33,985 nucleotides of DNA from Chiloscyllium plagiosum (Eukaryota), in the NCBI RefSeq assembly GCF_004010195.1, contig NC_057720.1, positions 19,487,300 through 19,521,284 of the forward strand. Direction: 5' to 3'. Of this stretch, positions 21,531-32,921 are shown piece after piece. The translations under genes and the position numbers were made by a program. Position 1 is the stretch's first letter; every line of letters starts with the position of its first letter. Below the pieces are notes generated by a model that saw only the letters and a program-made list of their open reading frames with translations, made no database searches and was not told where the DNA came from.

Positions 21531-23180
21531 AATAGAACATAGAACATAGAAAAGTACAGCACAGAACAGGCCCTTTGGCCCACAATGTTGTGTCGAGGAT
21601 TATTTTTAATCTAAAGTAGAATAACCTAATCTACACACCCCTCAATTCACTGCTGTCCATGTGCATGTCCAGCAGTCGCTTAAATGACCCAATGACTTTG
21701 CTTCCACCACGACCACTGGCAAAGCCTACCATGCATTCACAACTCTCTGCGTAAAGAACCTATCTCTGACATCTCCCCTATATCTTTCCCCTAACATCTT
21801 AAAACTATGGCACACCCGGTTCCCCCCTCCCCCCTCCCTCCTGTGCCAGTCAATCCTGCCCTGGGGAAAAGTCTCAGGCTATCTACTCTATCCATGCCTC
21901 TCATTACCTTGTATACCTCGATCAGGTCACCTCTCTTCTTTCTTCTCTCCAGAGAGAAAAGTCCGAGCTTAGTCAACATCTCTTCATAAGACAAGCCCTC
22001 CAGTCCAGGCAGCATCCTGGTGAACCTTCTTTGCACCCTCTCCAAAGCCTCCGTATCTTTCCCATAATAGGGCAACCAAAACTGGACACAATATTCCAAG
22101 TGTGGTCTCACCAGGGTCTTGTAGAGCTGCAGCAAAACCTTGCGGCTCCTAAATTTGATCCTTCCAAAATCCTAAGTTTGACCTTCCAAAATGTATCACT
22201 TTGCATTTATCCAGGTTGAACTCTATCTGCCATTTCTCAGTCCAGCTCTGCATCCTGTCTATGTCGCGCTGCAGCCTGCAATAGCCCTTGACACTATCAA
22301 TGGCACCCCCAACCTTTGTGTCATCGGCAAATTTACTAACCCACCCCTCAAGCTCCTCATCCAACTCATTTATAAAAACTACAAAGAGCAGAGGCCCAAG
22401 AACAGAGTGCTGCAGAACACCACTCACCACTGACCTCCAGGCAGAATACTTTCCATCTACAACTACTCTCTGCCCTCTGTCAGCCAGCCAATTCTGAATC
22501 CAGATAGCTGAATCTCCCTGTATCCCATACCGCCTGACTTTACGAATGAGCCTACCATGGGGAACCTTATCAAATGTCTTGCTGTAGTCCATATACACCA
22601 CATGCATTGCTCCACCTCCGTCGACCTATCTCATCATCTCCTCAAAGAACTCAATAATATTTGTGAGGCCTGACCTGCCCGTCACAACACCATGCTAACT
22701 GCTTTTAATCACGCTATGCTTTTCCAAATAGTCATAAATCCTAAGCCTCAGAATTCTTTCCAAAACCTTGCTAACCACAGACGTAAGACTGACTGGTCTG
22801 TGATTGCCGGGGATTTCCCTATTCCCCTTCTTGAAAAGAGAAACAACATTCGCCTACTCCAATTGTCCCGCACAATTCCCGTGGGGAGTGAGGAAGCAAA
22901 GAGCTTCGCCAGCAGCTTAGCAACCTCCTTTCTCGCTTCCTGGAGCAACCTTGGATAAATCTGGTCTGGCCCTGGGGCCTTATAAATCTTAATGTTTGCC
23001 AAAATTTCCAGCACATCAACTTCATCAATCTTGATCTGTTTAAGCCTGTTTCCTGGCTCTTCAAAGTTCTCATTCACAACTGGGTCCCTTTCCTTAGTGA
23101 AAACCGAAGCAAAAAACTCACTTAGGGCATTCCCTATCTGCTCAGACTCCATACACAAGTTCCCCACACTATCCCTGACC

Positions 23181-23276
23181 AGAGCTGGAAATGTGTTGCT
23201 GGAAAAGTGCAGCAGGTCAGGCAGCATCCAGGGAACAGGAGAATCGACGTTTCGGGCATAAGCCCTTCTTCAGGAA
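23181..23276 (-). mobile_element. 96-bp PLE terminal-repeat insertion beginning at the hammerhead
   Basis: Interrupts CR1 ORF2 (REKIG|VRDS) and matches the repeat family at 797-865. Confidence 0.85.
23242..23276 (-). ncRNA. Minimal type I hammerhead ribozyme motif, core intact
   Basis: Minus strand TTC-CTGAAGA-A-GGGC-TTAT-GCCC-GAAACGTC-GATT. Confidence 0.72.
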
Positions 23277-24593
23277 CCTATCCAGCCCTATCTTCTCCCT
23301 GATCATTCTCTTATTCCTCACAAATGAGTTAAATGTCTTTGGGTTCTCCCTAATCCTTCCTGACAAGTCTTTCTCTTGCCCCCTCCTGGCTCTCCTCAGT
23401 TCATTTTTGAGCTCCTTTCTAGTTAGCCTGTAATCCTCTAAAGCTGTGTTAGATCCTTGCTTCCTCCACCTTACATAAGCTGCCTTCTTCCTTTGACGAG
23501 AAGCTCCTCTGTTCTCATCATCCAAGGTTCCTTAATCTTACCCCTTCTTGCCTGTCTCAGAGGAAAGAATTTGTGCATCACCCGCAATAATTGCTCCTTA
23601 AATAGTCTCCACATGTCTGCTGTGCCCTTTCTGTGGAACAATTGCTCCCAATCTGTACTTCCCAACTCTGTCTCATAGCGTCATAGTGTCCTTTTCCCCA
23701 ATTAAATATCTTCCCTCGGTAACTGCACCTTTCCCTTCCAAGGCTATGATAAATGTGAGGCAGTTGTGATCGCTGTCACCAAAGTGTTCTCCCACCGCAA
23801 GATCTGACACCTGTCCTGGCTCATTGCACCAAATCCAAAATGGCCTCTCCCCTCATCAGCCTGTCTACATACTGAGTAAGGAAACCCTCCTGAACACACC
23901 TGACAAAAACGGCTCCATCCAAACCATCTGCACTAAGGAGGTTCTAGTCAATATTGGGAAAGTTGAAGTCACTCATAACAATAACTCTGCTAGATCTGCA
24001 TTTTTCCAAAATCTGCCGGCTTAGGAGTTCTTCAATCTCCCTACTGCTATTAGGGGACCTGTAGAAAATCCTCAACGAGTTGGCTGCTCCCTTGCTGTTC
24101 CTAACTTCCAGCCGTACTGACTCAGCAGACAAGCCTTCCTCGACAATCTGCGTTTCTGTAGCTGTGATGCACTCTCTAATTAGCAATGCTACACCCCCTC
24201 CTCTTTTTCCACTCTCCCTGTTCTAAACCCTGTTAAACCCACGTCCCCATTATGACCACAACATCTTAGTCCCAAGTACTATTCCATGCTCTAAGTTCAT
24301 TACTCTTATTTCTGACACTCCTTGCATTAAAGCAGACACACCTTAACCGATCCCTTTGTTTCATCACGTGAAAAACCTTCCCGATAGATTCACTACATCC
24401 TGTCACTGCTGCATTACAACTACCCCCCTCTCAGATATGTAGCTGGGATTCCCACATCCTTGCCAAACTAGTTTAAACCCTCTCGAACCACATGAACAAA
24501 TCTTTCACCCAGGACTTTTGTGCCCCTCCAGTTCAGGCGCAACCTGTCCTTCATGTACAGGTCCCACCTTCTTCAGAAGACATCCTAATGGTC

Positions 24594-25727
24594 AATCCCA
24601 ACCCAAACTTTGAGTCCACTACGTGGATGACACCTTCATCATCATAAACGAAACAAATTAGAGGAAACCTTCAAGACCATCAATAATACCCTTACTGGCA
24701 TAAAATTCACTGAAGAAGAGGAAAACAACAACAAACTGTCATTCCTAGATGTCACAGTAGAGCGAACAGCCAATGGGGAATTTCAAACCAGTGTCTACAG
24801 GAAAACAACACATATGGACCAAATATTGAACTACAGAAGCAATCATCCCAACACCCACAAACGAAGCTGCATCAGAAGATTATTTCAACAAGCCAACACA
24901 CACTGCAGCACAGAGGAACTACGCAGAGCAGAGAAAAATCACCTATATCGTGTATTTAAAACGAATGAGTACCCAATGAACACAGTCCGCCAATTTCTCA
25001 GCAACAAATCCCAACCAGCAGACAAAACATGTCCAGAAACCCGAGCGACTCTCCCTTACATCAAAGACATCTCAGAAATGACTGCCAGACTACTCAGACC
25101 CCTTGGCATCATGGTAGCCCACAAACCCACCAACACACTAAAACAGCAGCAAATGAACTTGAAAGACCCTAAACAAACAACAAGCAAAACTAATGTCATT
25201 TACAAAATACCATGCAAGGATTGTAACAAACACTACATTGGACAAACAGGCAGAAAACTAGCCACCAGGATACAAACTAGTCACAAAAAGACATGACCCT
25301 CTCTCACTAGCATCCTTACATGTGGATGAGGAAGGACACCACTTCGACTGGGACAACACATCCATCCTAGGACAAGCTGAACAAAGACACACACAAGAAT
25401 TCCTAGAAGCATGACATTCCAACCGGAACTCTATCAACAAACACATTGGGTTAGACACCATCTACCACCCCCTGAGAAAAGGAACAGCAAGTGACTTCAT
25501 CATAGGAAATAATGAAATAACATCACCACAGGAAATGACATCACCAACCCAAAGAAATCGAAAGATATAAATAGAAAGCAGCAATTTTTAGCAGTGCTTT
25601 GCCTGAGGCACACTGAAGATGTTACCGAGTAGGGTGATGAAACATCTGGAAATGAACTTTCCAGCTCAGCAAGCAAACCTACATCCAAATCCTCAACCTG
25701 ACCTACAAATCTTCTCAAAACTCGCTA
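24594..25727 (+). mobile_element. 5'-truncated Penelope/Poseidon-type PLE (RT C-terminus, GIY-YIG, terminal repeat) with 12-bp TSD
   Basis: YVDDTF, IKFTEEEE, LSFLDV, VYRKTTHMD, LPYI, NVIYKIPCKDCNKHYIGQTGR. ATCCTAATGGTC at 24582-24593 and 25728-25739 splits CR1 ORF1. Confidence 0.92.
25611..25648 (+). ncRNA. Decayed hammerhead motif of the Poseidon-type PLE
   Basis: CA-CTGAAGA-T-GTTACC-GAGTAG-GGTGAT-GAAACATC-TG; the deviations look like CpG decay. Confidence 0.55.
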
Positions 25728-26164
25728 ATCCTAATGGTCTAAATATCTGAAGTCCTCCCTCCTGCACCAGCCTTGCAGACATGTGTTAAGTTGCACTCGT
25801 TGACTGTTCCTCACCTCACTGTCTCGTGGCACCATTAGCAAACCTGAGATCACTACTCTACTCGTCCTGCTCTTCAGCTTCCAACCTAGCTCTCTGTAGT
25901 CACTTTTCAGATCCTCAAGCCCTTTCCTGGCTATATCATTGGTGCCAATATGTACCACGACTTCTGGCTGTTCACCCTCCCCCTTCAGAATTCTGTAAAC
26001 CTGATTGGCGACATCCCACATCCCAGCACCGGGAGGCAACATACCTTCCGGGAGTCCCATTCCTGACCACAAAATCTCCTGTCAATCCATCTAACTATTG
26101 AGTCCCCTACCACTAGCGCTTTTCTATTCTCCCCCCTTCCTGTCTGAGCCTCAGTGCCTCACTT

Positions 26165-26315
26165 GCCCTCTGCTTTGTCCCTGCCTGCCCTGACTGTTTG
26201 GCTCACTTCTTTTCTCAACTATACCAGTCTCAGATTGATCTCTTTCCTCACTATCACCCTGGGTCCCACCCCTCACCTTACTAGTTTAAATAATCCCGAG
26301 CAGCTCTAGCAACCT
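26165..26315 (-). mobile_element. 5' remainder of the outer CR1 (ORF1 end/inter-ORF region)
   Basis: Contains ACTAGTTTAAA, the same ORF1-end motif as at 24466-24477 in the inner copy, and appears to continue the sequence broken at 21530. Confidence 0.65.
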
Positions 26316-27088
26316 GGATTTCTTAAAACTTCACGTTCAGTAGTGGGAATTTCTTGGAAAGGCTTTCATCGCAGGCATGGCTAAGTTACTGCTTCCAACT
26401 CACTCCACAAAAATGTTCTGAGTCACATATCTCAACCATCCCCAGTCAAACTCTTCAATTTGAAATATAGGTTATAGGAATGTGCAGGCCTGGAATTTTT
26501 AAACCTCATTTGGCTAATCAAGTTCAAACTTAAATTCAATTTTACTATAAAGAAGGTGAAGAGGACTCTTCTGACTCACTAGTAATGTCCCTTCCTCTGA
26601 GCCAGGGCACTTGAGTCCAACCACAGGCCTCATCTACTCCAGCAGTGTGTAATAAAATCTGTGAACTGATTGATGAGAAAATGTCTCGAGAGAGCAAGGA
26701 TGTTGTAGAAGTTTTGACAAGAAACTGATGTAAGACCAAAAGCCAACTACATTTTTCAACAATGGAAATTCAGCTTTTGATACCCTCTGTGTTACTGGTG
26801 TCAGCGTTTCATCATAACAAAACGTTTGAGTGAACTGCAATCTATTTATAAATGAATTCCAATGAGTTTTGAATGCTATTTCAGCTAAAGAGTCATTAAT
26901 TTATAGGGTCATAGTATCATTGAGTTGTACGGAAACAGGCCCTGCTGCCCAGTATGTCCATGTCAATCTAAATTTATCTAGTTCCATTTGCCAGCATTTG
27001 GTCTACAACTCTCTAAATCCTTCCTGTCCATGTAGCCATTCAGATGCCTTTAAATCATGCAATTGTACCAGCCTCTACCACTTCCTCT

Positions 27089-27265
27089 AGAGACAAAAAA
27101 ACTTAGGTTTTGGATTCCAAGGTAGACAAGCAGGAGGCTGGCAGTACACAGCAAGCCAGGAAACATCAGGAGTCTGGAGTCCTGAAGAAGGGAAATACCC
27201 GAAACGTTGACTTCTCCACCTCCTGATGCTTCCTGGCATGCTGTGCACTTCCAGCCTCCTGTTTG
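27089..27265. mobile_element. Fold-back PLE-type cassette (third family) enclosing one hammerhead, 15-bp TSD
   Basis: Imperfect inverted arms about 27125-27172 / 27220-27267. TSD TCTACCACTTCCTCT 27074-27088 / TCCACTACTTCCTCT 27266-27280. Confidence 0.75.
27176..27214 (+). ncRNA. Minimal type I hammerhead ribozyme, best-formed copy in the window
   Basis: Helix I GGAGTC/GACTTC (6 bp, one G-U), CTGAAGA 27182-27188, helix II GGG/CCC, GAAA 27201-27204, palindromic ACGT, GTT cleavage triplet. Confidence 0.78.
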
Positions 27266-27459
27266 TCCACTACTTCCTCTGGCAGCCCAATCCACACATG
27301 CACCTCCCTCTGCATGAAAATGTTACCCCTTGGGTCCCTTTTTTATCTTTCCCCTCTCAACTTAAACCTATGCCCTCTAGTTTTGGACTCCCCTATCCTG
27401 GTAAAAATACCTTGGCTATTCAGCCTATCCATGCTCCTCGTGATTTTATAAACCTCAAT

Positions 27460-27590
27460 ACTAAATTGCCCATTACGTTAGGTGCATTAGTCAAAGGGAA
27501 ATGAGTCTGGGTGGGTTACTCTTCAGAGGGTCGGTGTGGACTTGTTGGGCTGAAGGGTCTGTTTCACACTGTAGGGAATCTAATCTAAAT
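27460..27590 (+). mobile_element. HE1-like SINE 3' fragment
   Basis: CTAAATTGCCC...GTGTGGACTTGTTGGG...CTGTAGGGAATCTAATCTAA. Confidence 0.85.
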
Positions 27591-28547
27591 GATAAGGTCA
27601 CCCCTCAGCCTCTGATGCTCCAGGGAAAATAGCTTCAGCCTATTCAGCCTCTCCCTGTAACTCAAACCCTCCAACCCTGCCAACGTCTTTGCAAATTTTT
27701 CCTGACACTCTCAAGCTTAACAACATCCTTCCAATAGCAGGGAAACCATAACAACTTCTCTTGCTTTTTCCACATGAACCAATGGCAGGATACGTTGACC
27801 CCATATTTCAATTAGCTAAAGCCAGTACACCAGATTAGAACCTACAGTTCTGAATTCAGACCACCTCAAAAAATCAGTTGCTGTTTTAAAATGGATCACA
27901 TTCAAAATTCTCAAAATATAAAACATCAACATTACCCGACACGCTCATTGATCAAAGCTTTTGAATGCAGTGGCAAGATATTCTGAATACTTTGTAATTG
28001 CCCATATACTCCTCCTTTTACAGAATTGTTTATTGTCCTGTAAATAAAGTGTTTGTAGTGCTTTAAGCCACTAAAATTGCTCTCACACTAATGAGCTAAG
28101 CAATAACCTGGGATTTACAAGCTACATAAATGCATTTGCTGTGAGATGGTTACAATAAAATCTGACATCAAATTTACAGCTAAAAATGTCATTATCCCCT
28201 GACACTTAGCAATACCAATTGCAATTTGAAATAGCATAAAAATTGAGAGCTCGAGATTCCCATTCTTCTGAGTGATTTTAAGTGATATTTCAACTGCAAA
28301 GTTCCGGGTTGAAATTAGCTAATTTGTAGGGCAGAGGAGTGGAATGAATAGTGCCAATTAATACTCAGTACTCTCCCCATACCAACCCCGGGTTAAGAAA
28401 AGAAACTCAGATGAGTATGGAGTCAGGTGCAGAGTGGATCAAGTAAGGACAGCAGGTTTCCTTCCCTGCAGATTATTTGTGAACCAGATGGGTTTTTACA
28501 AAAATTGTCAATAGTTACACTTGACAGAATTGTAGGCTTGAACGATG

Positions 28548-30250
28548 AGGGCTATAGGAGCATTTTTGGCAGAAACAGGTGAGAAGGCAGGTGAGGGCAT
28601 ATCTCAACATGGCGATCATCTCGCTATATCTCCTCTAGATTTGCCAAGCAGTAAGGTGAGTTTCTCACTAGGCAGCAGAAAGTTGCATTGAAAAGCTGCT
28701 GCAGTAGCATTTTACACAAAGATACAGGGTCCCAGCTCACAGACTGGGCAGGGCTACATCTCAGGGCTGCTCACTGGCTCTCTGAGCACTCATGCACCTG
28801 CCTAATTAGCAAGTCACATGACCAGGCAGCTTACCTTACTGGTCAGCACATCCAGCAAGCAAGCAGCAATGCCCTGAAGTCCTCAGCGATGCCCCTGGAT
28901 GCTCTCGTCAGTCAGGGGGGTCCTGGCACTGGAAGTCAAAGGCAGCCTCCCATGCCAGAGCGTTGGCCACAGTCAAATGTCAGGTGGGGCCATCTCAGTC
29001 AAGGGGGTCTGTGCCTGTGTAGTTGGAGGAGTGGGTTAAGGTCAGACCTATGACCCCAAGGAAGGGGTTCGGGCTAATGCCATTGGGGAGATGTACAGCC
29101 AGCATTTCTCAGTGAACTGTCCAGTTAGGTTGCTCAAAGAAGCTGTATGTTGTTTGTTGGGTCTGCCCACAGAAACAAAGAGGAGGGGGTTAGGGGTTGG
29201 GGGGGAACAGAGGGGCCACTGTTACAATAAAAAGACCCAGGAGCCTATTCTTTGGGATTAGGGACTGCAGACTGCAGAGATGGAGGGATAACGATTGTGA
29301 AGGGGATGATAATATCTGTAAGAATGATGGGAAGGGGGAATCATGTGGGAGGGGTGTTTGTCCACAGTCAGGATCACCCTTGCTTCAAGCGGGATGATAG
29401 TGTATGACTAAGCCTGACGTTGTCTCCTTGTGTGCCAGGGACTAGTCTGGCATGGGAAAGGTGGGCAGGCTCATGAGGATGGGTTGTGTGGGGACCTGGA
29501 GAGGTGCAAAGCCAATGGAGTGCATGGGAAGGACTTTCGGGAAAGGGATATCTGGACGGTCAGGCTCACACTGATATATGAAGGTGGAGGCTGGAAGTTA
29601 CTGGCCGAAGGGGAGGATATCACTGTCACCATTCATCATGGTGGAAATCGAAAGGACACAGTTGGGGGGAAAATTGCTGTGAGCACACCGGGAGTGGGCA
29701 GGGTAAGTGTCTTGACCTCTGAAGGAGGGGGCTTTCAGATCCACCAATGTGAGACGCTATTGAGGGAAGCAGAACCCACACACTCAGACCCATGCCTCTG
29801 GACAGGACACAGACCTCTGGGCTCCCCTATCTATGACCATCCTCAAGCATTGGGCAGCTGCAGAGTTGTCACAGTGAGGTGCTCACCACAAGGTGCTCCC
29901 ACACTTTCCAAAGGAAATGTTCCCACTGGGGAGCCAGAGTCTGGCCTGCGGGTGTGGGGTCCAGTAGGCAGCCTTGCCTCTGATTCATCTGAGGTACTCA
30001 CATCCTCAGAGGTCAAGAATGGAGCTTCTAATAGAGCAGGTACTTTCATTTGTGTGCAGTATTTGCAAATCAAAAGAGAGAGGAAATGACATGGCTAGTG
30101 GTTACAAATGGTGTGCGATGAAAGAGACTGATAGATGATTACTGTGAAGATTGCAGTGGGGTGAAGAGTGGGACCTACTCAGTTAGTGAGACATCCCTAC
30201 AGGAGACTGGAATAGGTTGGGAGCCATTGTCTTAAGTCCCTACCTCAACA
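28548..30250. mobile_element. GC-rich non-retroelement block, possibly a decayed Harbinger-like DNA transposon
   Basis: Compositionally distinct from its flanks. The low-complexity minus-strand peptide TSEDVSTSDESE...GEHLT recalls transposon accessory proteins. No DDE motif or TIR pair confirmed. Confidence 0.2.
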
Positions 30251-30416
30251 GTGAACCCTTACTGCAACAGTTTTCTAATTCATACCAAGCTACATTTTAA
30301 AAATTGTCAATTTGTGCCTATATTACTGTGATCTCTCTCTCTGCTAGGAATTAGCATAAAACTACTGAAACCTTTCACATTTAGCAGCTTTATATTTATG
30401 TAAGGGGCTGAAGAGA

Positions 30417-30724
30417 GGTGGCTCAGTGGTTAGCACTACTGCCTCACAGTACCAGAGTCCTGGGTTCAAATTCAGCCTTGGGTGCCTGTGTGTGTGGAGT
30501 TTGTTCTCCTTGTGTCTGTGTGCTCTGGTTTTCTCCCACAGCTGTGCAGGTTAGGTGAATTGGCTGTGCTAAATTGCCTCTAGTGCTCAGGGATGTGTAG
30601 GTAGGGTGTATTAGTCGGGGTAAAATGTAGGGGAATGGGTCTGGGTGGGTTACTTTTTGGAGGGTTGGTGGGGACTTGTTGGGCCAAAGGGCCTGGTTCC
30701 ACACTGTAGGGATTCTATGATTCT
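30417..30724 (+). mobile_element. HE1-like V-SINE
   Basis: GGTGGCTCAGTGGTTAGCAC, GGTTCAAATTC, tail GATTCTATGATTCTA. Confidence 0.88.
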
Positions 30725-30969
30725 AGAGTAGTCCATGACTGAGTAGCCCTGGGGAATTAATGAATGATATTAATTTGTATGCTGCATGCTTTAAGGGACA
30801 GGAAAGCACCATGTGGTATCAAAGGTCTTGCAGATATCAATAACAACATTATAATTTAGTTTATTGTTTATTTGACTTAATGGAGTCCAATTGGCGAAAT
30901 CTGGACCTTTTGTTAAACAGGTGTCCATGTTATATTCCGATATCTGCAGTGCTTGAGAAAGGAACTCTT

Positions 30970-31420
30970 GTTTTATTCATTAATGTGAGGTGGGCATCAT
31001 TGGCTAGGCCACCATTTATTGCTCATCCTTCTTGTTCTGGAGACGTTGCCTTCTTGAACCATGACAGTCCATATGGTGTAGGGACACCCATACTGTCATG
31101 GGATTTGACACAGTGACAATGAAGAAATGGTGAGATACTTCCAAGTCAGGATGGTGTGTCTTGGAGGGGCGCTTGCAAACTGGTGGTTTCCTTGAATCCA
31201 CTGCTCTGTTATTCAACATTGTAGAGGTCGCTGGTTTGGAAGGTGTTTCTGAAGGAGCCTTGTTGAGCTACTGCAGCACATTTTGTAGGAGGTATACATT
31301 GCTCATGTTGCTGTTCATCCTGGTGAAGTGAATATCCAAGGATATAGTTGCCAATCAATCAGACTGCGTTGTTCTGGATGTCACTGGATGTCAGAGTTGC
31401 ACCCATCCAGGCAGTCTGGT
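30970..31420 (-). mobile_element. Older CR1/L2-group LINE 3' fragment
   Basis: Minus-strand remnants YKMCCSSS, PSKTH..LTWKY and LHHMDC; its terminus matches the SINE tails at 3928-3990 and 15606-15680. Confidence 0.55.
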
Positions 31421-31677
31421 GACTTTGAAGCAACTAAATTATTGGTCCATCTACATTGGCTCAGGAGTGTCATGCTCAAATATTGTTCTGCTCTTCGTAA
31501 CATAAGAAATCAAAGCTTCCTTCCTGTCCCCACTCAAATAGACTCCATCGTGTACATGAACTCATTCCCTCTGAATATCCGCTTTAAGGCACTGTATTTT
31601 TAACCAACCTGTTCAGGTGTTTTATGACACACCACTAAAGCAGGTGGGACTTGCACCTAGGTCTTGTGGCTCAGAAG

Positions 31678-32306
31678 TAGAGCCATAGAGTCTTATAGAT
31701 TTATAGCACAGAAACAGACCCTTCGGCCCAACTTGTCCATGTCGACCAGATATCCTAACCTAATCTAATCTTATTTGCCAGCTCCTGGTCCATATCCCCC
31801 CAAACCCTTCCTATTCATATACCCATCCAGATGCCTTTTAAATGTTGTCATTGTACTAGCCTCCACCACTTCCTCTGGCAGCTCATTCCATACACTTACC
31901 ACTCTCTGCAAGGAAAGTTGCCCGTTAGGTCCATTTTATAACTTTCCCCTCTCACCCTAAACCTATGGCCTCTAGTTCTGGACTCCCCTATCCCAGCGAA
32001 AAGACTTTGTCTATTTATCCTATCCATGCCCCCTCATGATTTTATAAACCTCTATAAGGTCACCCCTCAGCCTCCATCGCTCCAGGGAAAACAACCCTAG
32101 TATATTCAGCCTCTGCCTATAGCTGAAATCCTCCAAATCTGGCAACATCCTTGTAAATCCTTTCTGAACCCTTTCAAGTTTCACAACATCCTTACAAAAT
32201 GAAGGAGACCAGAATTGAACACGATATTCCAAAAGTGGCCTAACCAATGTCCTGTACAGCTGCAATATGACCATCCAACTCCTTTACTCAATACTCTGAC
32301 CAATAT
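31678..32306 (-). mobile_element. CR1 (HER1-like) 3' fragment inserted into an old SINE head
   Basis: LQLYRTLVRPLLEYRVQFWSP...RLRGDLIEVYKIM; host SINE at 31600-31680 and 32307-32330. Confidence 0.92.
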
Positions 32307-32514
32307 AGGGACTCTACCATCATGCCACAATATCTCCGATTATCTGCTTGGATGCCCAGTGGAAATGATAGAAGGAGATAACAATCCATTATTGTCCCGA
32401 TCCCTTAAGGCTTAACTTTTATTACCCTTTGGGAGAGCACCTTAACACACCTTGCCCTGTCTTTGGTACAATAGCTCTTGTTCCTCCTTGAATTTCAAAC
32501 TCTGAAAGCTAAAG

Positions 32515-32921
32515 AAGAAAGGTGTTTTTACAACACCTTTCCCAACCTCAGCACTTCCCAAAGCTCTCTGCAGGTAATGAAGCATGCTTGAAATATAACC
32601 ACTGTTGTAATGTGATAGATAATTTTGTAGACAGGAAGTTTCTACAAACAGCAATATGAAAACCACCAAGGCATCCTTTTCTTTGTGTTGTCGATTGAGG
32701 GATGAATATTAGCCAGGACACTGGAGATGAAATCATATCTTGGGATCTATTGTATCCAACTGAAATGACCTGGGTTTAACATTTCATTTGAAAGGTGGAA
32801 GTTAGAACAGTGGAGCACTCTCATTATTGCACTGGAGTGGTAGCCTAGATTGTTGTAGCCAAGTGTGGGTCTTAAACTCACAATTGTCTGACTCAGAGGT
32901 GGAAATGCTACTAACTGAGCC
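32515..32921 (-). mobile_element. SacSINE/DeuSINE-like element, apparently full length and old
   Basis: Minus-strand tRNA head GGCTCAGTTAGTAGCA; Deu-like core CTCCAGTGCAATAATGAGAGTGCTCCACTG...GAAATGTTAAACC; tail CTTTGGGAAGTGCTGAGGTTGGGAAAGGTG. Confidence 0.65.

Larger units (their letters stand above)
21532..26160 (-). mobile_element. Near-full-length decayed CR1 (ORF1 SGNH esterase-like domain, ORF2 APE plus RT, 3' tail) nested in the outer CR1
   Basis: ORF1: LPGAG...VVVHIGTNDI...VVISGLL. APE: YRSPNS, DFNFPNID. RT: KAPGPDQIYPRLL, YMDYSKTFDKVPH, KFADDTK. Tail (ATAGAAC)n at 21532-21550. Contains stops, frameshifts and deletions. Confidence 0.93.
26900..27750 (-). mobile_element. CR1 3' fragment interrupted by a hairpin cassette and a SINE fragment
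   Basis: Collinear with 15709-16230 apart from insertions at 27089-27265 and 27460-27590. Confidence 0.85.

Noticed and set aside
26546..26745. Protein-like plus frame (…NKICELIDEKMSRESKDVVEVL…)
   Set aside because: In-frame stops, no convincing acceptor, no recognised homology.
29430..30089. 219-aa ORF as a host gene
   Set aside because: Non-ATG start, no recognisable domain, and GC-rich sequence readily yields such ORFs.
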